Below, piece after piece: positions 35,558 through 41,740 of a stretch of DNA of 41,740 nucleotides. The notes beneath the pieces were generated by a model. The model had not been told where the DNA came from. It ran no database searches and saw nothing but the letters and a program-made list of their open reading frames with translations. Numbering within the stretch: the first letter of the stretch is position 1; every line of letters begins with the position of its first letter. This DNA comes from a virus: positions 1 through 41,740 of IMG/VR virus record IMGVR_UViG_3300005827_000046; one strand, written 5' to 3'. The translations under genes were made by a program, and so were the position numbers.

Positions 35558-35685
35558 TACTCCCAATAGTTCCGTCGTTCGCAGAGGCGTTTTGCATCGT
35601 TTGGATGAGTCAAATTTTTGTCCTAGTCCTTTGGTGTATCTGGAAAGTGTTTGAATACATTGCGGAAGACTTCAAAAATTCGTAA
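35554..35685 (+). CDS. 43-aa membrane peptide
   Basis: ATG at 35554 overlaps the polymerase TGA (ATGA). Contains FCIVWMSQIFVLVLWCIW. Confidence 0.5.
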   Translation: MILPIVPSFAEAFCIVWMSQIFVLVLWCIWKVFEYIAEDFKNS

Positions 35686-35717
35686 TACGATTTTCCTTGA
35701 AAACGTATTACGTTTAT
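35681..35717 (+). terminator. AT-rich palindromic hairpin (two CGTAWTACG sites) plus T tract; terminator and/or operator
   Basis: cgtaatacg-a-tttt ccttg aaaa-cgtattacg followed by TTTAT. It overlaps the stop of the 43-aa ORF and precedes the last three-gene block. Confidence 0.5.
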
Positions 35718-35763
35718 GAGATGATCTAATTATAGGGAAACACGAAACACCGGGAGGGATGTT

Positions 35764-35970
35764 ATGAGAACGTACAAGATACTCGACGACAAGACCCAAA
35801 TAGTGCTCGATACTGTTCAGGCGGATTCACCAAACAAGGCCGTTTTGGAGTATTCGAAAAACCAAAAGCGCGCTATCGATTGGGGCTATAACTCTGAAAG
35901 AGGGCTGGTTTTCATACTCGTAAGAACCGCCCAGATGTGCAGGGTGATGGAGGCAAAAGATGCGAACTAA
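35764..35970 (+). CDS. Hypothetical small protein
   Basis: 68-aa ORF with GGGAGGG 5 nt before the ATG. Confidence 0.65.
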   Translation: MRTYKILDDKTQIVLDTVQADSPNKAVLEYSKNQKRAIDWGYNSERGLVFILVRTAQMCRVMEAKDAN

Positions 35971-36145
35971 AAGCAAACAGGGGCCGCGAAAGGTGTATAG
36001 CGTTCGATTGAGCAATGAGGAAATACGTGTATTAAACACTAGAGGGTTCACCCTCACGGAAGCACTCCGGTACATGATCAGAGGTTTTCGGTATTCAGCA
36101 TGGGACTACGCGGAGGGTAAAAAACAAAAGCGAAAGGCACGGTGA
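35960..36145 (+). CDS. Ribbon-helix-helix-like DNA-binding protein
   Basis: 61 aa. KVYSVRLSNEEIRVLNTRGFTLTEALRYMI fits a beta-strand plus two helices, as in CopG/Arc proteins. GGAGG RBS. Confidence 0.5.
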   Translation: MRTKSKQGPRKVYSVRLSNEEIRVLNTRGFTLTEALRYMIRGFRYSAWDYAEGKKQKRKAR

Positions 36146-36148
36146 TTT

Positions 36149-36409
36149 ATGAGTGTTTGCATGAATTGCTTTGAAGCTACCCCGAACGATGGACACACCG
36201 GCGAATTTAAATTGTGCGAAAAATGCGAAGCCGAAGCCCGTGAAGTCTATGACCGTGTTGCGAACAAAATCACCCCGATCATGCTAGATATGAACCCTTC
36301 GCACCATGTGATGCATCGAGTTATTGAAATGCTCCGAAACACCTTGAAAGACGACCGGGGGCGGATACGCTATCCCGTAACACCGCCCCCGGACTTAAAT
36401 CAACGTTGA
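36149..36409 (+). CDS. Small zinc-ribbon protein
   Basis: 86 aa with CMNC ... CEKC. Last gene of the rightward arm. Confidence 0.6.
   Translation: MSVCMNCFEATPNDGHTGEFKLCEKCEAEAREVYDRVANKITPIMLDMNPSHHVMHRVIEMLRNTLKDDRGRIRYPVTPPPDLNQR
36355..36392. other. 10-bp perfect GC stem (ccgggggcgg / ccgcccccgg) with an 18-nt loop at the convergence point
   Basis: 36355-36364 is the exact reverse complement of 36383-36392. It lies inside the last rightward gene, just past the end of the leftward arm. The minus-strand 3' flank TCGTCTTTC is only a weak U tract. Confidence 0.45.
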
Positions 36410-37194
36410 CCCTGACCGCCGCTTGAACCCACAAGCGGCTTTTCTTTTTTCACACTCTTGATCAACCAGAACATGCAATATACGCCGTCCTGTTCGCAGT
36501 ACGATGCGGGGAAAGACTGATAGCCGCCGATGCCACAATCCGCCCCCCAAGAATTCTTGACGATAAAATAAACGTCCGCCCCCTGCTTCTTATAACCCAT
36601 GACTTCAAGAGCATGGCCACTGTTTGGAACGGGCGGCGACGTGGGGGACACAACAGCTTTGCAATTCACCATGTCATTCGGTGTGCTCATCGCAACATAG
36701 GCGGGTTTTTTAGCGGCGAGATGAGCTACAATCTCGTTTACCGTGAACACCTGAACGGAGTTTGCTAGTTTATATAGCGGCGATTGTTTCCACGTCGGAA
36801 GCGGAGCCGTTGCGGATTGTGGCCAGAATGTACTTTCGATCAAGCCCCGGCCTTTTGTTGCGACGCTGACAGCGGTGGACGCCTGATACACTTGATACTG
36901 ATTCCAGAAATCACGCGCCGATAATTCCGTCCCGTCGCAAAGTAAGTTCTCAATTGCACCGATCAACCCGAACGTTGTACACGTCCCGCCGAATTGCTGC
37001 TTCACTTCGGTGTCACAGGATACAAGAGACACCGAGGCGGGTGTCTTTTGCGCCCGAGACGCGTGTACTTCCCGGCGATGTTTGTCGATCTCGATACGTT
37101 GGTCAACAGATATCAGAGAATCAAGAGGCACCGTTACTGGAAACCCTTGCGCGAGAACTGGAAACAGGAGCATAAACAGTATTCGTTTTTTCAT
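36400..37194 (-). CDS. Exported papain-family (C1) cysteine protease
   Basis: Signal peptide MKKRILFMLLFPVLAQG. Gln-x5-Cys in KQQFGGTCTTFG (compare papain Q19...C25), His in SGHALEVMGY, Asn in IVKNSWGADCGIGGY. All are in the papain order. Confidence 0.8.
   Translation of the reverse strand: MKKRILFMLLFPVLAQGFPVTVPLDSLISVDQRIEIDKHRREVHASRAQKTPASVSLVSCDTEVKQQFGGTCTTFGLIGAIENLLCDGTELSARDFWNQYQVYQASTAVSVATKGRGLIESTFWPQSATAPLPTWKQSPLYKLANSVQVFTVNEIVAHLAAKKPAYVAMSTPNDMVNCKAVVSPTSPPVPNSGHALEVMGYKKQGADVYFIVKNSWGADCGIGGYQSFPASYCEQDGVYCMFWLIKSVKKEKPLVGSSGGQGQR
36418..36450 (+). terminator. Intrinsic terminator of the rightward arm, embedded in the 3' coding end of the convergent protease gene
   Basis: GCCGCTTG-aaccca-CAAGCGGC followed by TTTTCTTTTTT, 9 nt after the stop at 36409. 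Confidence 0.75.
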
Positions 37195-37496
37195 ATGTTC
37201 ACCTGATTATTGTGGTTGGCATGAACCGCAGCATCGTAGTCTTGGCGGGCGATCCGCTCCGCCTCTTCGACTAGTTTGCCCCGAGCGATGAGGTACGCAA
37301 GCCCCACGATCAAAAGAAGCGCGGCCTTTATCGACCCCCATAGCCCCTCTTTGCTCGACGCGAGAACAGCCGCAAACCAGTCATCGAGCATGGTGATCGA
37401 CACGTTATTAGTACGGTGAGCCTTCCAGTCAAAGGAAAACGTTGATGGTGCGCTGGTTGGCGTTGTAGTTGTGTTTACAGGTGTTCCGGGACTCAT
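37191..37496 (-). CDS. Small membrane protein (single hydrophobic helix in the C-terminal half)
   Basis: ATG at 37496 overlaps the upstream TGA (ATGA). Thr/Pro-rich N-terminus, then WGSIKAALLLIVGLAYLIARG. The stop overlaps the protease ATG. Confidence 0.6.
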   Translation of the reverse strand: MSPGTPVNTTTTPTSAPSTFSFDWKAHRTNNVSITMLDDWFAAVLASSKEGLWGSIKAALLLIVGLAYLIARGKLVEEAERIARQDYDAAVHANHNNQVNI

Positions 37497-38134
37497 TGCG
37501 AAGCCCCCCACCAATAAGCGAAGCGGCCCGATTCGCCCATGACAATTGCCGCGGTAGCTGGGGTTTCAAGCGCGGTTTCGTCTTTCAGATACTTCCCTTT
37601 TGGTTCCCAGATGGTGGAGTAATGCGCACTCTCTCCGAGATATAAATACTTCCCCGACCGGATCGGCTTTTGCATCGGTATGTATTTTGAGTCGGTTATG
37701 ATCACGCGACCCGTCGCAAAACTTCCGACATTGGTTGCGGCGTCAATCGGGGCGATGTCAAAGGTGAAGTTAAAAACCGATTCCCCCGCGTAGTCCGTGG
37801 GCTTTATTGTAATCGAAAATGCTTTACCCGCCGGGACAACATATGTTTTATTTAGAGATGCCGGGAGATTCGCAGAGACTTGAAAATCCACATTGTACGC
37901 GAATTGCTGTTCTATCGAAGATATGACAACGCTTTGATCGTTCGTCACTCGGAACGAACAGAACCCAATTTCGCCACCGGAATCACGGCACGTTTTGCCG
38001 TTCACATACACCAAAAACTCGGGGGAGTTTGCGAGAACGGGGGGCAAAACTCCAAGGTCCGATTTATACGGGATGGCCTGACATGCAACAAATATCGCAA
38101 TCAAGGCCGCCACGATTAAAAATGTCTTTTTCAT
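37493..38134 (-). CDS. Lipoprotein of unknown function
   Basis: ATG at 38134 with GGAGGGGG 7 nt upstream; the track's 70-codon N-terminal extension crosses the terminator region and is rejected. MKKTFLIVAALIAIFVAC has a lipobox-like FVAC. The mature part is beta-rich. Confidence 0.65.
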   Translation of the reverse strand: MKKTFLIVAALIAIFVACQAIPYKSDLGVLPPVLANSPEFLVYVNGKTCRDSGGEIGFCSFRVTNDQSVVISSIEQQFAYNVDFQVSANLPASLNKTYVVPAGKAFSITIKPTDYAGESVFNFTFDIAPIDAATNVGSFATGRVIITDSKYIPMQKPIRSGKYLYLGESAHYSTIWEPKGKYLKDETALETPATAAIVMGESGRFAYWWGASQ

Positions 38135-38300
38135 TTTTGACCCCCTCCAATTGGGTCTGATGTTTTGAGACGTAGGGCAATCCCGCCCACGCCTTGAGCC
38201 AAAAAGAACAACCGCACGGTGTCTGATAGGTGTGGCCACGATAGACCCACACCGGTACAGACGACATGAAACCAGAACGTTTTTGACTGCCAAAGTGTTT

Positions 38301-38342
38301 TCATAAATAAAAAGGGCCGTCCGACTCTTCGCCGGACGGCCC
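38301..38342 (-). terminator. Intrinsic terminator after the 83-aa gene
   Basis: Minus strand reads GGGCCGTCCG-gcgaagagt-CGGACGGCCC followed by TTTTTATTTAT. Confidence 0.8.
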
Positions 38343-38369
38343 ACCTCCGTCTTTTGTTTCGGCGATCTA

Positions 38370-38621
38370 TTAGCCGATCAAAGCGTCAACCATTTCACCG
38401 GTGTGATAACCAATTGTCTGGATAAACACCTTGCGATTCGCTTTCGCTTCGTTCGGGATATCCTGACAATTGTCGATAGCGGAAACCACAAGCGGCAACT
38501 CGGTAGCCATGATCTCGGCCAAGGGCTTTTTCTGGCGAATGCTGGCGGCGAGGTTATTAACCGCGATCATCACATCCCCGATTTCTTTTGCATAGTCGAT
38601 TTCTTTTTTCTGAATGCCCAT
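38370..38621 (-). CDS. Hypothetical soluble protein
   Basis: 83-aa ORF with GGGAGGA RBS and no hydrophobic helix. Confidence 0.6.
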   Translation of the reverse strand: MGIQKKEIDYAKEIGDVMIAVNNLAASIRQKKPLAEIMATELPLVVSAIDNCQDIPNEAKANRKVFIQTIGYHTGEMVDALIG

Positions 38622-38725
38622 AACTTAAATCCTCCCTTATCAATTTTTGTTCCGACCCATACAGCCGTTAACCACACCACGCAGATAATGGCTATGACAT
38701 CGTAATACTCAAAATCGTACACGAT

Positions 38726-39097
38726 CTAAAACCAGTCCGCAACTTGAATGTGGATATGCGCGGAAGGGCCTTGCCCGTCGTAATTCCCGCCGTCATTCAC
38801 TTTTGCAGTCTCAAGTTTCGGACGGGCTGGGTCGTAACAGTATTTCGAATTGAGGTAGTCAACTAATTCGATGGCCTCACCCGGCTTTAAGACCCCCGTG
38901 ACGCGTAGGTCAGCCGCCCGCTTGGCAGCATGGATGCCGGAATCTCCGGATTGTGGCCGGATGATCGACGTCCATGTGGCCTCGGTTCCCTTTCGGTGCA
39001 TGTAGCACTCCACATCGAACATTATCATAGCGAGACGTGGGTGGACCTCAAAAACCATATCAGGCGTTGAGTGCGTTTCGGCCCCTAAAAACTTCAT
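38726..39097 (-). CDS. Zinc peptidase M15-type endolysin (Peptidase_M15A-like)
   Basis: 123 aa. SGIHAAKRAADL gives the H-x6-D spacing of the S-x-H-x-x-G-x-A-x-D motif. The C-terminal SAHIHIQV resembles the H-x-D/H metal ligand motif. Confidence 0.6.
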   Translation of the reverse strand: MKFLGAETHSTPDMVFEVHPRLAMIMFDVECYMHRKGTEATWTSIIRPQSGDSGIHAAKRAADLRVTGVLKPGEAIELVDYLNSKYCYDPARPKLETAKVNDGGNYDGQGPSAHIHIQVADWF

Positions 39098-39513
39098 ACT
39101 ATGTACCCCCTTCCGTAATTGTGCATAGTGATGCCCGGTCCGGGACCGGGAAAATTTATAAACGCAAGTCCTGTTGTGGCCGTCAATTCCGCCGGTGCGA
39201 TAAAATCCCTTGTGAGCCGTGGCGCGAGGTGACGCGCAAAAATCACTTGGCCGCTTAGGTCGAAATACATTGAACCGGGATAGGGTCTACCCGATGCGAA
39301 TTCATACACAAGTTGAGTGTTTGCACCTCGCGCCGTCTCGGCATCTATTGATGCGTTTTGTGATGTATTGGTATTCGTAAGGGACACATTCGCTGCCACA
39401 TGTGCCCCGCAGTCAAGCCCCAGACGACGCAAAAGGTCGTATCCGGTAGGCATTCGAAACCGTGTTTCATTGTCATATATATTCTCATAGGTGTTTTCGG
39501 GAAGCAAAGACAT
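39094..39513 (-). CDS. Hypothetical protein (tail-distal block)
   Basis: 139-aa ORF with AAGGGGG RBS. The stop overlaps the endolysin ATG. Confidence 0.6.
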   Translation of the reverse strand: MSLLPENTYENIYDNETRFRMPTGYDLLRRLGLDCGAHVAANVSLTNTNTSQNASIDAETARGANTQLVYEFASGRPYPGSMYFDLSGQVIFARHLAPRLTRDFIAPAELTATTGLAFINFPGPGPGITMHNYGRGYIV

Positions 39514-39523
39514 GAGTACCCCC

Positions 39524-40000
39524 TTACACGTTCACCGCTTGCCACGTATCGACATAGATATTGCTCGCATCTACTGGGCATTGAAAGGCGAAGACAGCCG
39601 GAGCGGCGGAAAAGTCGCACGCGAACGATCTCACATTGGTGCTATTAGTGAACGTCGGTATGATCGACTGAACGAAAAAAGGCACCAAGTCGATGTTGTT
39701 CGAGTATGTTCCGAGAAAAATATGGACCGCCGATCCGGGAATGAAGTTTTGCGCTCCACCATACACGACCATGTTGAGCGTGTAATCCTGAACCCTTGCG
39801 CCATGAAGCATTACGCCCCGCGCGTTCCATGCAGATATTCGCCCAAGTAAGGCCGTGTCTTGCGCGAATAGGTAGGCCGCTCTGTCCCGAAAGAAGTTGA
39901 GGGCCGCGCCAATCTTCTGCATGACGTACTCAGATAGGGGGCGTTTGGCCTCGACGTCCTTTGAATCCATTCGCACGTAAGTGCTTGGTACGTTGCTCAT
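39524..40000 (-). CDS. Hypothetical protein (tail-distal block)
   Basis: 158-aa ORF with ATGA overlap to the upstream gene. Confidence 0.6.
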   Translation of the reverse strand: MSNVPSTYVRMDSKDVEAKRPLSEYVMQKIGAALNFFRDRAAYLFAQDTALLGRISAWNARGVMLHGARVQDYTLNMVVYGGAQNFIPGSAVHIFLGTYSNNIDLVPFFVQSIIPTFTNSTNVRSFACDFSAAPAVFAFQCPVDASNIYVDTWQAVNV

Positions 40001-40452
40001 ACGATATCAGCCCTCCATACTCGAACGCCCTGACCGGGCAGAAGCCCCAAAAAGAAGCATCTAGGAGAGCCGAGGGGGATATTTTCCTCAATGACTTTTC
40101 TGGTACCAAAGGACGCTGCGAAATCAGAACCGTGTGGACACATCATAACAATAGCAGTCCAAGTGGTACTTGTTCCGTCATACTCCATGAACCACAAAGG
40201 GGCCTCCCCTCCGGGGTTTCCCGAGTAGTCCAAGTCCTTCACGTGGGTCAGTTTTATATTGGCGTTTCGGCTAACAATCGAATTCACGCCCGATTGAATG
40301 GTGGTATCGTTCGCGGGCAACACATTGGTGAACTGGTCGTGTAGGTACGTATGATCTGCTCCGAGTTTCCCAATAAGGTCTTCAGTCGGCGCGGCCTGTA
40401 CTCTTGTTTCCTCGATCGTAACGGGTGAATTGGCTCCTGCTATTATTCCCAT
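39997..40452 (-). CDS. Hypothetical protein (tail-distal block)
   Basis: 151-aa ORF starting 5 nt after the J-like gene stop. Confidence 0.6.
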   Translation of the reverse strand: MGIIAGANSPVTIEETRVQAAPTEDLIGKLGADHTYLHDQFTNVLPANDTTIQSGVNSIVSRNANIKLTHVKDLDYSGNPGGEAPLWFMEYDGTSTTWTAIVMMCPHGSDFAASFGTRKVIEENIPLGSPRCFFLGLLPGQGVRVWRADIV

Positions 40453-40456
40453 GATT

Positions 40457-41740
40457 TTAAATTATCCTGTAAGGCGCACCGTTGTCAATAAAGCCTATTA
40501 GCTCCACGAGATCACCCGGGGAAGGCGTGAACCCTAGAGCGTTTTGAACCGTAGCAACTCCCGCCGTGTAGTCTGTGATTATTGTCTCGGGGGACTGGTA
40601 TGACCAGTTAGGCGCTCTGACAATCACATATGCCCCCTTGCGAAGGTTGGGCGCTGTGAATACTGTTTGAGATGTCCCGGAGGTCACAACTTCGGTCGGG
40701 TCGATATGACAGTAGGCATTTTTTGACAGCGTTCCCGCATCGTCATACATTGGCGTTTCGATGAGATCACCTATAAGAGCGGTATGCGTGCGATCAAGAT
40801 AGAACTTGTTTTGATTCCCCTCATCTTGTCGGACGATGACGGCGATCATGTCCCGAGAATAGTCGATGCTGTGTAGTCGAATTGTTTCACCAATAAAAGG
40901 CGTCCATTTTTTCCACTCACTGTCGCCATATTTCGCGCCGAAAGACGGAGTGACTTCGATCCAATCTGCGCCAACGCGGACAAGATACGAAGACGGGGCA
41001 ATTACCGCGTATCGATCAGATACCTCAAAACCCGCTTTAGACAGCACTTTCATTTGGACTTTTCCGTCACCAATCCCGACGGACCTCTCCAAAATTTCAA
41101 CGGGTCTATTGGCGATTCGTCTTGTTCCGTTGTCGGTGTTTGGTATCTTCAGCGAGCCTTTGTCATTCAAAATAACTATGTCCCCGACTTCATGCAGGTG
41201 ACCACGACCCCACGAAGTGGAAAGCGTTATCTCCTCACACCCAAACCGATAGCGCATAAGGAAGCGAAACGCTCGATTAGCTACGAGAGTACCGCCCCCC
41301 AAGTGTGTTCTGAATCCACGCGATTGAATAGGCAAAACCTTGGTGATACCAATCCGAGTTATGGACTCAGAGTCTACTTGACGATACGAATTTTTGAAGT
41401 TTCCACCCTGTTCGTCGTATTCATAAAAAATCTCCGAGAAAAAACGCCGCGTGTCTGTTCCGCGCTTTACTGATATTGATGCGGGTTCAATGATCGCATC
41501 GTCATCGATCACATCAATAGTATCTGTTGCAAGCGGGGGGTGAGTAAGCCCCATACTGATACGCCCATCACGGGTCATGGAATACGCGCAGATTGGTAAT
41601 AGCAGTTCCTTCTCGATGAACCCCTTACCACTCGATTCAGTTTCGGACAATATAAACCCCATGATCTGAGAACCCAAAAAGGAATCGCGCCAATATTCGT
41701 ATCGCGGAACGTCTACATCCTCGGGTGACAAACGAAGTCC
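40457..41740 (-). CDS. C-terminal 427 codons of the same J-like tail tip protein
   Basis: ORF track 40457..41731. The apparent start at 41731 is a TTG that is internal to the junction-spanning frame. The stop is at 40457-40459. Confidence 0.8.
   Translation of the reverse strand, partial: GLRLSPEDVDVPRYEYWRDSFLGSQIMGFILSETESSGKGFIEKELLLPICAYSMTRDGRISMGLTHPPLATDTIDVIDDDAIIEPASISVKRGTDTRRFFSEIFYEYDEQGGNFKNSYRQVDSESITRIGITKVLPIQSRGFRTHLGGGTLVANRAFRFLMRYRFGCEEITLSTSWGRGHLHEVGDIVILNDKGSLKIPNTDNGTRRIANRPVEILERSVGIGDGKVQMKVLSKAGFEVSDRYAVIAPSSYLVRVGADWIEVTPSFGAKYGDSEWKKWTPFIGETIRLHSIDYSRDMIAVIVRQDEGNQNKFYLDRTHTALIGDLIETPMYDDAGTLSKNAYCHIDPTEVVTSGTSQTVFTAPNLRKGAYVIVRAPNWSYQSPETIITDYTAGVATVQNALGFTPSPGDLVELIGFIDNGAPYRII
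41621..41740. repeat. Right copy of exact 120-bp terminal direct repeat
   Basis: Identical to bases 1-120. Confidence 0.95.

Noticed and set aside
38135-38300. A dedicated sigma70 promoter or riboswitch in the 166-nt leader of the lipoprotein/protease cassette.
   Set aside because: I could find only poor -35/-10 combinations (for example TTGGCA-17-TTCATG) and one short hairpin (GGTGTGG...CCACACC). This is not enough to call a feature. Expression may depend on read-through or on a phage-specific promoter.
38135-38344. N-terminal 70-codon extension of the lipoprotein ORF (track start 38344). Similar extensions are at 18792-18884 and 22077-22184.
   Set aside because: The extensions run through a terminator hairpin or the iteron region and lack an RBS. 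Internal ATGs at 38134, 18791 and 22076 have strong GGAGG-type SD sequences and give sensible N-termini.
1-41740. Lysogeny module, tRNA genes, a diversity-generating retroelement, or stop-codon recoding.
   Set aside because: I recognised no integrase, recombinase, CI-type repressor or reverse transcriptase motifs. No noncoding gap has a tRNA-like sequence; the only gaps over 100 bp are 22077-22441, 38135-38369, 24942-25059 and 38622-38725. All large genes are intact under the standard code.

Overview
The window is a complete tailed dsDNA phage genome with siphovirus-type organisation, assembled as a circle. Bases 1-120 are identical to 41621-41740, so the unique length is 41,620 bp. One 803-aa tail-tip gene runs across the junction, and the ORF track misses its N-terminal 376 codons. 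Almost everything is coding and sits on two divergent transcription arms. The arms start from a 37-bp pair of interleaved promoters (24972-25008) and meet again at 36400-36409.

Rightward early arm (25060-36409): SNF2 helicase, about 20 small genes, then a DUF2800-like nuclease, a DUF2815-like SSB, a family A DNA polymerase and a small ribbon-helix-helix (RHH) operon. The small genes include three Lar-like zinc-ribbon paralogs interleaved with small membrane proteins.

Leftward arm (24941 down through base 1, across the junction, to 36400):
- Cro-like HTH protein and a PrimPol/VirE-type primase-helicase.
- A 365-bp noncoding region packed with TGACCCAT iterons.
- Hjc-like nuclease, TerS and TerL.
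- Four unplaced genes, one with a signal peptide.
- Mu-like head module: MuF, portal, protease-scaffold, capsid.
- Connector genes, major tail protein, G/T chaperones and tape measure.
- Fibres and a J-like tip protein.
- M15 endolysin.
- Behind a terminator, a cassette of lipoprotein, membrane protein and exported papain-family protease.

I recognised no integrase, CI-type repressor, tRNA, CRISPR array, reverse transcriptase or transposase. All family assignments come from motifs read by eye and from gene order. No database search was possible.
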